Below, piece after piece: positions 26,307 to 39,775 of a DNA stretch of 64,000 bases. The DNA is from Octopus sinensis (Eukaryota). Both the position numbers and the translations under genes were made by a program. Each line of letters starts with the position of its first letter. Position 1 is the first letter of the stretch. The stretch spans positions 8,990,001-9,054,000 of the forward strand of contig NC_043018.1 in the NCBI RefSeq assembly GCF_006345805.1, in the 5' to 3' direction. The notes below the pieces were generated by a model. The model had not been told where the DNA came from, did no database searches, and saw only the letters and a list, made by a program, of their open reading frames with translations.

Positions 26307-27319
26307 CTAAAAGACAAGAGAAAAGAAAATAATTTTAATTTTTCTATGGAAGTTTGGGCCTTCTTTTGTCCCTTTCATACCTGCTAATCTCCATCTGCTT
26401 CCTCTCATGTCTGTTCAATAACCTCTCATCTCTGTATCACACACTTCCTATCCAATCCACTGACCTATGTATGTAACCTATGTAAAGACGAAAAACATTA
26501 CATCTGATCAAACTCAATCTCCCATCCCTGCCACCATATCCCTATACATCCTTTTCTCTTCCATCACAATGGCTGTGTGGTGAAAGATTATGATGGTGTC
26601 AGATCATTCCAAAAGGATTAAACATTTCATAAACAACATTCTAATCTTTGTCATTGTTGTTGTTTTAGCCCCAGGTCAGCTCTGATCCAGTAGACCTATG
26701 ATCCAATGTATTCCTACAATTAATCAGAACTTGTCAGTGTGAAGTCTAGCCTTGAACTCAGAACGGTGAAAGTATATGTAGAACAATAAACTGGTAGGTC
26801 ACACCAAGTTGAGTAGATGACTATCGACATATCATATATCTGCAAATCTGTTGACCTGGAATGATGACAACAACAACAGACTGACTAATGAATTAACGAG
26901 GGAGTACTATGCAGTCACTCAAATTGCTAGAACAGCAACCAAACCTCTCAAATTACACTTTACAGTCTTAAAAAATATAGGACAATGTAGTCCAAGATAC
27001 ACTATGCCCAAAAAATAAATATAACTGCATTCTCAGGCTTAGAACACTTTTGATCAAAAGCTCTGCGTGATCAAAGCTGATCTGGGGCTAAAAGACAATA
27101 GAACTAGATCAATTGGTTTGACCCACCAAATACGGTAGGGGAATTATGAAGGGAATAGAAGTGTTGATCAATACCACCTGGTTACACCCCAATAACCAAC
27201 TTTTGATAACTAACCTAATCTCATTAAATATCTGAAAATGATAGGAGGATTATGGTAAGAATTAGGCTGCAAATCCTTTAGCTGGCAAATCAATAGCAAC
27301 TGGTTTGCAACCACTAACC

Positions 27320-28370
27320 AGCTAGATAACTGGTTTGATCTCTCAAACCAGTTATAAATTAACTGATCTGATCTCTCAAACTAGCTATCAACTGCTTTGA
27401 TCTCTCTAACCAGTTATAAATGAACTGATCTGATCTCTCTAACCAGCTATGAATTAACTGCTTTGATCTCTCAAACCAGGTATGAATTAACTGATCTGAT
27501 CTCTCAAACCAGGTATGAATTAACTGCTTTGATCTCTCAAACCAGTTAAAAATTAACTGCTTTGATCTCTCAAACCAGGTATGAATTAACTGGTTTGAGA
27601 GATCAAACCAGTTAAAAATTAACTGCTTTGATCTCTCAAACCAGTTATAAATTAACTGATCTGATCTCTCTAACCAGCTATGATTTAACTGCTTTGATCT
27701 CTCAAACCAGTTATAAATTAACTGATCTGATCTCACAAACCAGCTATGATTTAACTGCTTTGATCTCTCAAACCAGGTATGAATTAACTGCTTTGATCTC
27801 TCAAACCAGTTATAAATTAACTGATCTGATCTCTCTAACCAGCTATGAATTAACTGCTTTGATCTCTCAAACCAGGTATGAATTAACTGATCTGATCTCT
27901 CAAACCAGCTATGAATTAACTGCTTTGATCTCTCAAACCAGTTATAAATTAACTGCTTTGATCTCTCAAACCAGGCATGAATTAACTGATCTCTCAAACT
28001 AGCTATGAATTAACTGGTTTGATCTCTCAAACCAGGTATGAATTAACTGCTTTGATCTCTCAAACCAGGTATGAATTAACTGGTCTGATCTCTCAAACCA
28101 GGTATGAATTAACTGCTTTGATCTCTCAAACCAGCTGTCAACAGCTTTGATCTCTCTAGTCAGCTATAAATTGACTGGTTTGATCTCTCTACATGGCAAT
28201 ACATCAATTAAATTAACTGGTTTGATCTCTCTAACCAGCTATCAATTAACTGCTTTGATCTCTCTAACCAGCTATGAATTAACTGCTTTGATCTCTCAAA
28301 CCAGGTATGAATTGACTGCTTTGATCTCTCTAGTAAACTATAAATTAACTGGTTTGATCTCTCTAAAATA
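27320..28370. repeat. 33-bp minisatellite (~30 variant units, tatgaattaactgctttgatctctcaaaccagg)
   Basis: 11-aa periodicity in overlapping ORFs (QLIHTWFERSK / LTALISQTSYE); short interruption at ~28135-28200. Confidence 0.95.
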
Positions 28371-28650
28371 GCTGCAAGATCAACTGGCTTGACCTTGATC
28401 CCCTGAGCGATAGATCAACAGACATAACTGATTAATCAACTGCAAACCAACCAGCTTTACTTCCTTGTCTAACTTATGAACCAGCTTGCTCTTTGACTGA
28501 TCTCACACCACCACTGCTGAAAATTGAGCCAATCAACTAAATTATCAACACAAACATTAGACACAGCAACAGTGACTTTGACACAATTCTTATTGAAGAA
28601 AAACCCAAGTGAATGAAATAATGAAATCATACCAGGATGATAACATTTAC

Positions 28651-28710
28651 CAATGGTGAAATAGGTTTGGGGAGTGGTTTCACAATCCACTGTCATCCTG
28701 GTCCAAAAAG
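28651..28710 (-). CDS. Exon 8, phase 1-1, (A)FWTRMTVDCETTPQTYFTI
   Basis: Acceptor tttcttttgcag|CT, donor TTG|gtaaat, 60 nt; only phase 1 is open, matching exon 7. Confidence 0.65.
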
Positions 28711-29487
28711 CTGCAAAAGAAATTTAAATAAATTACGTTTGTGTGTGTGAGAGAGAGAGGGAGAGAGAGAGAGAGAGAGAGATTGTAAGAATCTGTATGT
28801 GAGTGTGTGAATGTGTCTGTATGTGCATTTGTGTGTGTGACTTGTGTTTGTATTTAACTATGTATATGAATCTGCATGTATGTGTGGATGTGTCTGTATA
28901 TGAGTCTATGTGTCTGTGTGTGTCTGCATGTCTGTGTGTGTGTGTGTGTGTGACTGTGTCTGTCTGTATGTGAGTCTCTGTGCATGTCTATGTGAGTCCA
29001 GGTGGGCAAGCCATATACTCACCTCTTTAACAAGACACCTACTTTTCTCCCCCTATCATAGTTCTTTATTTCTCCTGTCTATACCCAACTTAATTGAGGG
29101 GCTTCATCTTGTGGGTATTTGGTGACCTCACTGGTGCTGGTGCCCCATGAAAAGCACTCAGTACAATCTGTGAAATGGTTAGCATAAGGAAAGGCACCCA
29201 GTTGTAGAAACCATGTCAGAACAGACATAGAACCTGGCAGAGTCCTCTGGTTCATCTGTTCTTGTCAAACCGTCCAACCCATGCCAGGGTAGAAAAAAGG
29301 ACAATGATGACAATTTCCTCTGACTATGCATGTAGCTAAGTTTTGTAAATGAAAGCAAAATTCATTACAAAATCACCAGCACCCTAACCTCGCTGCTACT
29401 TTTTTAACAATTTATAAATACAGAACCCACCCCCAATACATCCTCTAATGTAGAAAAGAAGTCAAAGGTCAGAGTTCATATACCTAC

Positions 29488-29572
29488 CTGCAAATGACAT
29501 TGGTGAAACGCCAATGAAATGACAAATATGTTCAATTTTCATTGTTTCTTCGTTATTTTCCAAAGTGTAGAT
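29488..29572 (-). CDS. Exon 7, phase 0-1, IYTLENNEETMKIEHICHFIGVSPMSFA
   Basis: Long poly-T tract plus taag|ATC acceptor, donor CAG|gtaggt, 85 nt; only phase 0 is open. Confidence 0.7.
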
Positions 29573-30594
29573 CTTACAAAAGACAAAAAAGAAAAAAAAA
29601 ATGTCTAACACCTGGAAATGATTAGAGAATTACTTTTGAAGTTGTTTCTACAGATTTATTTATTTCTAAAGAAATCAGAACCAACTCTGAAAGTTTTGAG
29701 GTTTCGTATACAAGTTACACCTATGGGCTGGCTCTAATTTCTATAGAAAATCTATGAAAAAGAAAGAAGGGGAAGAAAAAAAAAGGAAGCTCTCTTTTAC
29801 TTGTTTCAGTCATTTGACTGCGGCCATGCTGGAGCACCGCCTTTAGTTGAGCAAATCAACCCCGGGACTTATTCTTTTGTAAGCCCAGTACTTATTCCAT
29901 CGGTCTCTTTTGCCGAACTGCTAAGTGACGGGGACGTAAACACACCAGCATCGGTTGCCAAGCAATGCTAGGGGGACAAACACAGACACACAAACATACA
30001 TGCACACACACATATATATATATACATAAATACGACAGGCTTCTTTCAGTTTCCGTCTATCAAATCCACTCACAAGGCTTTGGTTGGCCCGGAGCTATAG
30101 TAGAAGACACTTGCCCAAGATGCCACGCAGTGGGACTGAACCTGGAACCATGTGGTTGGTTAGCAAGCTACTTACCACACAGCCACTCCTGCGCCTATAA
30201 AACCTAACAGTAGGCAAAATATCACTAAGCTTTTTGCCTGGCATTCTAACGATTCTGCCAGATTGTCACCTTGCACATATAATACGTAACTTAGAAGCAA
30301 CACTACGAATGTACCAGTACACATGAGATTGAGACATGGTTGACCTCACACACTTCTCATGAGGAGTTCCAGAAGGAGCATTGTAAGATCACTGCTGAGA
30401 CGATTCCAAAAAATAATAAAGGAAAGCCGTTAGAAAACTGGTTGTAGCAGTGACTCCATCTAAGAATATCTGAAGAAGGAATATTATTCTGAAATATCCT
30501 ATTAGACTATGGATGACTAAATTACAACAGGTATACAGCCCATTGTCTGTATTATAGTGCATTGTTGTACCATTCAAAACTTTTTTTTTTTTCA

Positions 30595-30900
30595 ATTCAA
30601 TTCAATTTTTATTGGCTCAAAAAGCAAAAGCAAGGCCATGTAGGGGGACAGGGAGTTATGTACAGAGAGGATGGTCATACAAAGAGTTCAGGCCATTTCT
30701 GGTCAAGAGAGACTTTGAACCGAGCAGTCGTCAGCATCTTCACTATCTCGTCTGGCAGCTTATTCCACGGATCCGCAACCCGGATGGAGAAAGCCCCCCT
30801 CCAATTGAGATGAAATCGTCGTAGATAGAGCTTTTCGGAGTGACCCCACAGCCCACGCTCCGGAGTAGGAGTGAGAAATAACTTTCAAAAGTGATTTAAT
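30595..30900 (-). mobile_element. CR1-like LINE 3' end with (AATTG)n tail
   Basis: Reverse-complement match to 13000-13235. Confidence 0.7.
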
Positions 30901-31432
30901 TGCACTGTTAACACATGTGAGACACAGTATTGACATAAGCCTTTAATATATTTGGCAGTATATTATGGTTGTATAACAAAATACTATGTCCCTATAAGCA
31001 ATTAATAGATTGGAGAATTATGATGAGAATTGAACTGGCATCCCATTGGCTTGTAGAGTAACACTTTATGTAGTTGGCCAGGTGTAGCTCAACAATAATT
31101 CTAAAATAAAATAAATGAAGTTAAAGGTTATGATTAATCTTTATTCTATCAATAAAACATCTTGAAAATTAAGAAAGTTTGTTACAAAAAAAAAAAATTG
31201 TAAAATGATTCCGAACCTTGGAAATGGAACTAAGCCACAACACAGCTTCAGTGATACAACTTTCACTATTTCAACCATTTTATACATACATACATACATT
31301 CATACATACACACACACACACACATTTTATTTGTAGGTCAACAAGGCAACCAATGGTTTCATGTGAAGAGATCATCACAATTGTTCAAGTGTGCCACATA
31401 GGAGTATTGTTGCTCATCCCCATTTTGGATGA

Positions 31433-31467
<35 letters not shown>

Positions 31468-31977
31468 AATTAGAGATAAAACCACTATTAGGCAACTCAA
31501 ACAGTGATAAACATAAACCAAAACATAAAAATAAAAATAATTAATATAATATACAAAATATATATATATAAAATATAAAATTTAAATTATTAAAATTAGT
31601 GGTTTTATCTCTAATTTAATTTATATTTATACTGTGAAATTTGATTTATCCTAAATCTAATTTTTCCCTGTAAGTTTGGATATACTCCCTAATATTATTA
31701 TTATATATATATATATATATACACAGACACACACACATGATGAGTATATAGGGATAAATTGTCATGGCAAGTACTGTAAGAGCTCTGAGGAAAAATTTAG
31801 TACAGCTGTGCCTTATGTAATAGGACGGAAAGATATAATTTGTGCATAGAGGAAATTTACTAGAGTTTTATATCGAAGCACCAATTGCTTAACAGTAGAC
31901 TGGAACAGGCCTTGGGACGTCTGTACCTGTATGGGAAAACAGTTAAATGCTTCCATGCAGGTGTTGGATAGGATAAT

Positions 31978-32366
31978 TTTTTGGGAAGCACTCCGTCGGT
32001 TACGACAACGAGGGTTCTGGTTGATCCGATCAACGGAACAGCCTGCTCGTGAAATTAACGTGTAAGTGGCTGAGCACTCCACAGACATGTGTACCCTTAA
32101 CGTAGTTCTCGGGGATATTCAGCGTGACACAGAGAGTGACAAGGCCGGCCCTTTGAAATACAGGTACAACAGAAACAGGAAGTAAGAGTGAGAGAAAGTT
32201 GTGGTGAAAGAGTACAGCAGGGATCACCACCACCCCCTGCCGGAGCCTCGTGGCGCTTTAGGTGTTTTCGCTCAATAAACACTCACAACGCCCGGTCTGG
32301 GAATCGAAACCGCGATCCTACGACCGCGTGTCCGCTGCCCTAACCACTGGGCCACTGCGCCTCCAC
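31978..32366 (-). mobile_element. Full-length tRNA-derived SINE with 13-bp TSD
   Basis: Head GGAGGCGCAGTGGCCCAGTGG...GGTTTCGATTCCC (A/B boxes); TSD tggataggataat at 31965-31977 and 32367-32379. Confidence 0.9.
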
Positions 32367-33167
32367 TGGATAGGATAATATCCATTACAGAAAGGGGAGG
32401 TGCCTGAATTTAAGGAGTAAATGTTGAGACAATACCTAGTTTAACTTTCAATTAGTTATTGATATTATCACAAGCTTAAAATATCTTTTATAAATCATAG
32501 CAACACGTATAAGATACACTTGCTTTTATATAATCTACAACTCAATTTACAAGTGACTTCTTAGGTATATATGGCAGAATTCCTTCAATTAATTTAATTA
32601 AATTTACTCTGTTTTTTATTCAGTCTCTTTTAATACACAGATGAAGTTATATCTGAACACTAAGATATACTTTGACCCAATTTAGTGTATAAAACACTCG
32701 GTTTCGTCCTGAAACTAAGGTTACCATAGGCCAGATACAAAGTAAATTTTATACCCATATCAGATTTCAACATCACTTGCCTTTTGTGTCTACAACCATA
32801 GTAGAATAAAGAAATAAGCTTGCCATACATAAATAAATTTCGTTTTCTGAATGAAGGATTACAACAGAATATTATAGTCTGTATATGCAGCAGAAATACT
32901 TATTAGTTGCTTTAACTAATTAAGATGTATAATTAGCTGTTAAAATTAAAAGAAAAATTTGAAGATGTACCAGTTCCTGCATTCTCTGTAATTGTTTTGT
33001 GTGTGTCTGCGTGTGTGTGTGTATACACACATACATATATTAGACTTCAAAGTCACTGTCAACCCTCTTGTAAAACTTTAACAAACATGTACTCTGCAAC
33101 AAAGTATTGAGTTTAATGTTAAACTGTTTTTATATACAACTTGACATAAAAACTATATATATATATA

Positions 33168-34015
33168 TAAGGTCATCACATAAATAATGTGGTTTTTCAA
33201 TCGCATGAACTAAAAGCAGGTAGTAATTTTACCTTGTACTTATTCTTAGTGCAAGTTTTGAAGAGTGCAGTTCGATTTTAACAGTTGTTTTTTCAAAGCT
33301 ATAATGGAAGTGACAAAGGAGAATATTCAGCATATTTTGCTTTATGAGTTCAATAAAGGCAACAATGCAATGGAAAGTGCGAGGACTATTAATGCAGCAT
33401 ATGGGGATTGGACAATAAGCATAAGCCAGTATCAATGGTGGTTCCAGAAATTCCGAGTCAGAAACTACAGCCTAGAAGATGAGCCTTGTCCTGGAAGATC
33501 TGCACAGCTCGACGAGGATGTCCTGCAAAACCTGATGGAACAAAATCCCATCGTAACTGTTGAGGAACTAGCAGAGAATCCTGGATTTGGTCATTCAAAC
33601 ATTCATTGACACCCGCATGCCATTGGAAAAGTCAGAAAATTGGGTCAATGGGTTCCTCACAAACTTTCTGAGTCTAATTATGCGCAGAGAGTGAATGTGT
33701 GCTCTTCTTTGCTGCCAGGTCTCATGAATGAACCTTTTAGGGATCAAATAGTGACTTGTAAGGAGAAATGGGTTCTCTATATAAGTGTCAAGGGCCAAAG
33801 TCAGTGGGTAGGGAAAGGAGAAACACCAGCACCCCAAGCTAAAGTAGGTCTTCACCCATGTAAGGTGATGTTATCTGTTTGGTGGGATATGAAAGGTTTA
33901 GTCCACTTTGAACTTTTAAACCCAAACCAAATGATAACAAAGGAGATCTACTGCAAGCAGCTTGAGTGGCTTAAGTTAGCGTTAGAAGAAAAATGTCCAA
34001 CCTTGGTTTCAAGAT
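33168..34015 (+). mobile_element. Mariner remnant: left TIR and 5' two-thirds of a disrupted transposase
   Basis: ORFs 33265-33609 and 33640-34044 give HTH and WVPH(K)L...KVMLSVWWD motifs, broken by stops. Confidence 0.88.
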
Positions 34016-34451
34016 TGCTGTGGCGAGAGTATGACACCCCTTAACAAGAATAGACAGGACCATTGCATATAAATAGTAGTGAACTGACGTAGTCGGCAGT
34101 TTGTAGTTTGGTCTTCAAAGTCCAGATACAGTTTACAGTTCAAGTTAGTGCGCTGGAAATATTAATTGTCGGTTCGTTATGTGTTTGTTACTGCCATTGT
34201 TTCTATTTTGTATTGTTATAACACAGTTACAGTATATTCTTTATTTATCATTGACAATATCAACCATACTCTGATATTGGAGGCGTAAGGATATAACAAC
34301 TGGGGATTAGGATTAACTAAAAACTTTCTTCAAGATCAAAGTTTTCTTGATTAGTTCAAAAACTTGTTTCATTGTTTCAGTGACTCCACCATTAGCTTGA
34401 AGGAAATTCCTTCGTTAAGTCAAGAAGTTGCCTCATTAACTCAAGAGATAC

Positions 34452-34548
34452 CCTGGTTTGATCAAAAGATTCTCTCCTTAGCTTCATGCATTGTAGTAAT
34501 TTCTGGCAGATCCTGTGAAAGGAGTCTAGATGAAGGACAAGTGAATAT
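34452..34548 (-). CDS. Tentative exon 6, phase 2-0, YSLVLHLDSFHRICQKLLQCMKLRRESFDQTR
   Basis: Acceptor ctgtccacatttcag|A and 97-nt open frame that bridges the phases of exons 5 and 7; donor AGG|gtatct is weak. Confidence 0.4.
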
Positions 34549-34949
34549 CTGAAATGTGGACAGTAACCTGTCTAAATGGACAGAAAGAATAACTAGAGCA
34601 TGTACCTGTGTATTTATGTGTGTGTGTGCATATGTGTATGTATGTATCTATATAGAAGAGGATGCTGAACAGTTCCTGCCTTTAAGGGTGTCACAAAAAG
34701 TCTGGTTGGAGGTCCAACCTTCTGAGTTCTTTTACAGGGCTTAGAAAAACTGAAAGACTTCTGCAATAAGTGTGTGAATCTGAGAGGGGAATATTTTGAA
34801 TAAGATCATAATTAACTGATCCTCCAGTGTTTTCTTTTACCCAAAGCCAGGACCTTTTCTGCACTCCCTCATATGTGCAGGCATGTACACATACATGTCG
34901 GTACGCATCATACATAAAATAATTAAACATCAAACAAAATGTACTTTAC

Positions 34950-34985
34950 CTTTCCAGCATCGGTGATGTCAACTCCGCATCCCTC
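34950..34985 (-). CDS. Exon 5, 36 nt; phase 2-2 reading RDAELTSPMLE (phase 0 reading EGCGVDITDAGK is also open)
   Basis: Strong acceptor ctttttcttcag|GAG and donor AAG|gtaaag; frame ambiguous. Confidence 0.6.
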
Positions 34986-35649
34986 CTGAAGAAAAAGTGA
35001 AAGGAAGGGGAAAAAAAAGATTAGCTTTCTGATTACTCTGTCAAATGTAATGTTTATTTATAGACATTGTTCTCTTTTACTCTTTTTACTTGTTTCAGTC
35101 ATTTGACTGTGGCCATGATGGAGCACTGCCTTTAGTCGAACAAATCGACCCCAGGACTTATTCTTTGGAAGTCTAGTATTTATTCTATCAGTCTCTATTG
35201 CCGAACCGCTAAGTTATGGGGATGTAAACACACCAGCATTGGTTGTCAAGCGATGTTGCGGGGAAGGGACAAACAAACATATATATATAATATATACAAC
35301 GGGCTTCTTTCAGTTTCCATCTACCAAATCCACTCACAAGGCTTTGGTCAGCCCGAGGCTATAGTAGAAGACACTTGCGCAAGGTGCCACGCAGTGGGAC
35401 TGAACCTGGAACCATGTGATTGGTAAGCAAGCTACTTACCACACAGCCACTCCTATGACTATGAATATTTAACATAGAATACTTAATATATGTATATATT
35501 ACTGATGTATACATCACTAACATTAAACTGATATATTGCACAAAATTAATGCAACTTTCCTGCAACATACAAGAAATATTAATAAGGAAACAATAATGGA
35601 GCCTTTATGTGGTCACTAGATCTGTTAGAAACAGCAGCTAAATTTTCTA

Positions 35650-36375
35650 CAAATCACATGGTCATGTGGCGAGAATGGATGAAGATAGTTGTGTGAAAAA
35701 GTGCCACACCCTAGCAGTTGAGGGAACCTGTGGAAGAGGTAGACCCAGGAAAACTTGGGACGAGGTGGTGAAGCACGACCTTCGAACTTTAGGTCTCACC
35801 AAGGAAATGACTAGAGACCAAGACCTTTGGAAGTATGCTGTGCGTGAGAAGACCCGGCAAGCCAAGTGAGACCATAACTCATGGCCTATACCTGGGATGT
35901 AGCCAGTCCACTTATGCATTCCTTTCCTTCTTGGGACACAAAACTCTACTTGTGAAGACCTGTTGAGGCAAGTAAAAATCAAAATCAAAATCGAAATTGA
36001 TCAACATCAATGGAAATTGTAGCTGTGATACCAGTGCTGGTGGCACATAAAAAGCACCATCCGATCGTAGCCGTTGCCAGCCTCACCTGGCCTCCGTGCC
36101 GGTGCTACGTAAAAAGCATCATCCGATCGTAGCCGTTGCCAGCCTCACCTGGCCTCTGTGCTGGTGCTACGTAAAAAGCATCATCCGATCGTGGCCGGTG
36201 GCACGTAAATAGCACCCACTACACTCATGGAGTGGTTGGCGTTAGGAAGGGCATCCAGCCATAGAAACACTGCCAGATCAGACTGGGCCTGGTGCAACCT
36301 TCTGGCTTCCCAGACCCCAGTTGAACTGTCCAACCCATGCTAGCATGGAAAGCGGACGCTAAACGATGATGATGA
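35650..36375 (+). mobile_element. RTE LINE 3' end with (GAT)n tail
   Basis: VEGTCGRGRPRKTWDEVVKHDL...*, followed by the abundant ...ggaagggcatccagc...aacccatgctagcatggaaag tail. Related pieces lie at ~2860-3370, 10560-11000, 13720-14250, 23700-24120, 47600-48050 and 60760-61240. Confidence 0.8.
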
Positions 36376-36420
36376 CATTGCCTTAAAAAAAAAGGACACA
36401 CTCAATAATGTAGATGTTAC

Positions 36421-36487
36421 CTCGTTTGTTTGATATGTTCTTTTGTAAGGTCAGCAAGTGGGTTCTGAATCACAGCAGCCCCTTTTG
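36421..36487 (-). CDS. Exon 4, phase 1-2, (A)KGAAVIQNPLADLTKEHIKQT(R)
   Basis: Acceptor ccccctttgttag|CA, donor GAG|gtaaca, 67 nt; phase links exon 3 to exon 5. Confidence 0.55.
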
Positions 36488-38139
36488 CTAACAAAGGGGG
36501 TTGAATCACAGGGGTGGGGGCTGAATCATAGCAGGTGGGGGTGGAGGAACTGAATCATAGAAAAAGGCTGTTGACACAACAATAACTCTACCTGACCCCT
36601 AATATTAGATGTCTTCGTAAACAACAACAACAACAACAAAAATAAAAACAAACAACTGTCACCTACCACAACAACAGCTTTAAATATTTCGGGGCAGATC
36701 ATCATCTGGAACCCATTTTCGATTAGATTCTCAGAAAAATGATTGATAAGATGCCGCTCTGACCAAGCCAGTGGCCCAAGTAGGAAATAGGCACCGGGTC
36801 CAATATTACTGGAAGAATAAAGAACAAGAAAGAAAGGAGGTTACAAAGTTGGGAGTAAATATAGATTTAAAAAAAGGGGGCGGAAAAGAGAAAGGAAGAA
36901 AATCAGGGTGTATATGTAAATTCTATATCCCTGACACAGTTTTATACTTTTGTAATAATAAATCAAGAGTAGCAATAAACCAAGGCCTGAAATTTTTGGG
37001 GAGGGGGGCAGTTGATTAGATTGATTCCAGTACACAACTGGTACTTAATTTATCGACCCTGAAAGAATGAAAGGCAAAGTCAACCTCAGTGGAATTTGAA
37101 CTCAGGACATAAAGACAGACGAAATACCTATTTCTTTACTACCCACAAGGGGCTAAACACAGAGAGGACAAACAAGGACAGACAAATGGATTAAGTCGAT
37201 TATATCGACCCCAGTGCATAACTGGTACTTATTTAATCGACCCCTGAAAGGATAAAAGGCAAAGTCGACCTCGGTGGAATTTGAACTCAGAATGTAATGG
37301 CAGACGAAATACCGCCAAGCATTTTGCCTGGCGTGCTAACATTTCTGCAGCTGGGATAACCACACAGCCACACTTGCATCTGCTTTTGTCAACCAAATTC
37401 ACTTACAATTTGTTGTGGTAGATGCCCCCCAGGTGAGAAATCGGATGGTCCACTTTTAATAAATAGTGGACTGATACAGTCAGTAGACTCAGTCAGCAAA
37501 GTACACTGTTCAGGCCAGACCCACAGAGACAACAAAATACATCATCATAATGCTGGGCATGACAGTGGAGACAAGAATTCGTAGTTCACATAGCAACTGA
37601 TGTGTAGTAACAGGACATAACAGTGGCGATGCTGATACCTCCCACTGTATAATGGTGTTGTTATAACAATGGTAACTAGGTTACGAACACTCATAGGAAT
37701 GTCAAAATGGAAGACCTTCATTCAAGAACAATGAGAAAAGTTTGAAGCATTCAAACTCTAATACAGAATTAAACTTCACACAGTGGAAAGTAATATATAC
37801 ACAGTGAAAAGTGAAAAATATATTAAAAAAATGATTTTGAAAGAAAGGATAAAAGAACGCTAACACAGAATTGAATTGCACACAGTGAAAAGTAATATAC
37901 ACACAGTGAAGAATATATAAAAAGAATTCTGAAGGAGAAAAAAATGCTAAGTCAGAAATGAACTACACATGGTGAAAAATAATTCTGTGTGGAAGAAAAA
38001 ATAATAATAGTAAGTCCATTCGAAGGATTTATAAGTCAGGTCGCTATATGTAGTAGTGCTACCAGTAATAATGTAGGCTTGGTATCTGCGGCATTTTGAA
38101 AACAAAAAATGGTTCTGTGTGGAACAAGAAATAATAATA

Positions 38140-38400
38140 ATAATAATAATGGGTTACAGCAAATATTCTGCTCAATACCACAGATTTGCTTGTCAGTTGT
38201 TTGACTTCAACCAGTTGAGCATGTCCCTTAGTGGCTGATGATATGTGCATCTCTGATCACAAGCAGAAGTAGTGGGGGAGCATCATAGCCATGTATTGAG
38301 AGGGATTGTTTGGGGTTTGAATAATTCATCCCTGGAAACATAGGTGTTTCATTCAACATCCTTAAACAACCCTTATTCAGGGACCTTTTGAGCGGGATGG
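38140..38400. repeat. Unclassified interspersed repeat, also at ~56200-56460
   Basis: Shared cagcaaatatt...cagatttgcttgtcagttgtttgac...aaacaacccttattcagggaccttttgag. Confidence 0.7.
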
Positions 38401-39338
38401 GCAAGATGACATGTAGTGGAATTGAACCTGGAACCATGTGGTTGGGATGCAAACTTCTTACCACACAGCCACCTGTACATGTGCATGTGCGTGCGTGCGA
38501 ATGGCAGGCTTCTGCTTAGTTTCTCTCAACTCAATTTTACTCCTGAGTTATTGGTCCACAAAAGACATTTGCCCAAGGTGACATGAAGTAAACTAGAACC
38601 CAGACCCACGACTTTATGATAGTAAATAATTATTAAACAATGGACATCTCACCTGAATTTAATCCAGTTGTGTTGTTCTCCAGCAACCATATGATCGATT
38701 TGTGCAAAGTCAGCCAAGCCTGAAATACGGACAATATGCTGGTGAGAGATTGCTTATCAGATGGGAAACTGGGAACAAAACTTAAATAATAATTATCATG
38801 ATGATGATAACGATGATGACAACAGCAATGGTGATGACAAAGAGCTTGATGATGCATGATGATGATGATGATGATGATAAAAATTCAACCACTTGTTATT
38901 CATAGATGACCTCAAACTTTATGGTAAAGATGACTCTCAATTCAGTTCCCTTGTGTATACCTTCAGTGCTGATATCAGAATGAAGTTTGGACTGAGAAAG
39001 TGTGGTGTGTTAGTCTTGAAGAGAGGCAAAAATCAAATGTATGGATGAGCTATTCTTTAATACATCTTCAATTATAAATTATAATTTTTTCCGTACCATC
39101 TTTATTTGCAACGCAAATTAACACAAAAATTTTTAATTCGAAATCACATAATGTTTCCAGTTTTAGACATTAGAGAGGCACTTCATTAGACTGGCATCGA
39201 TTTTGGATTTTCTACACCCGAAGAATTCCAGCTTTGATGGGAACCCAACAAAGTTGATAGCTCAATATTCAGGTTGAGTGCTCACCTGGAAATATCCTAA
39301 CTTCACACCCCACCTGATCTATGCAATAAAAATAATAA

Positions 39339-39669
39339 TCTCTCTCTAAACAGCAAAATGTCTGTCTGTGTGTGTGTCCTTTATACAAATCCACAATTTT
39401 TCAGTTAGAGGGCTCGCACTTTCTATGGTCATTCAAAACCGTCCAAGGGTGGTCGTGCACATCTTTACATTTCCCCAGTCACTCCGCAAAGCCATTAAAA
39501 AATCAATAGAAGTGATTTTTGGTGAATTTTCTATCCAAAACCCAATCAAAATGCCCAAAACTTGATACGCCAATTGAATGCCAGCTAGCGTGCGTGTATG
39601 TGCACACGCATGCAGTTGTATATGCATGCACTAGCACTATGACCCGGCATTGCCAGGTCATAGTGCTAG
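39339..39669 (+). mobile_element. Non-autonomous Helitron-like element (second family) with an extended terminal hairpin
   Basis: A|TC start, CTAG|T end, and terminal stem ACTAGCACTATGACC-11 nt-GGTCATAGTGCTAGT. Confidence 0.6.
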
Positions 39670-39729
39670 TGTAAGTATAAAAGTTCTGTCAGGAACTTAT
39701 AAACAATGAATCTAATAAATATATCTCAC

Positions 39730-39775
39730 CTTTTTCTGGGACAGTTTCTCGTAAGATCTTCACTTCATCTGTTGG
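39730..39775 (-). CDS. Exon 3, phase 0-1, PTDEVKILRETVPEK
   Basis: Acceptor cattttactgtag|CCA, donor AAG|gtgaga, 46 nt; only phase 0 is open. Confidence 0.65.

Noticed and set aside
32290-32366. Possible tRNA gene (and other tRNA-like heads)
   Set aside because: It continues into a SINE body bounded by TSDs and lacks a proper acceptor stem and terminator.
35529-35559. Alternative exon (KVALILCNIS) that would put exon 5 in the EGCGVD frame
   Set aside because: Good acceptor but poor donor (gtttaa); kept only as an alternative model pending RNA-seq.
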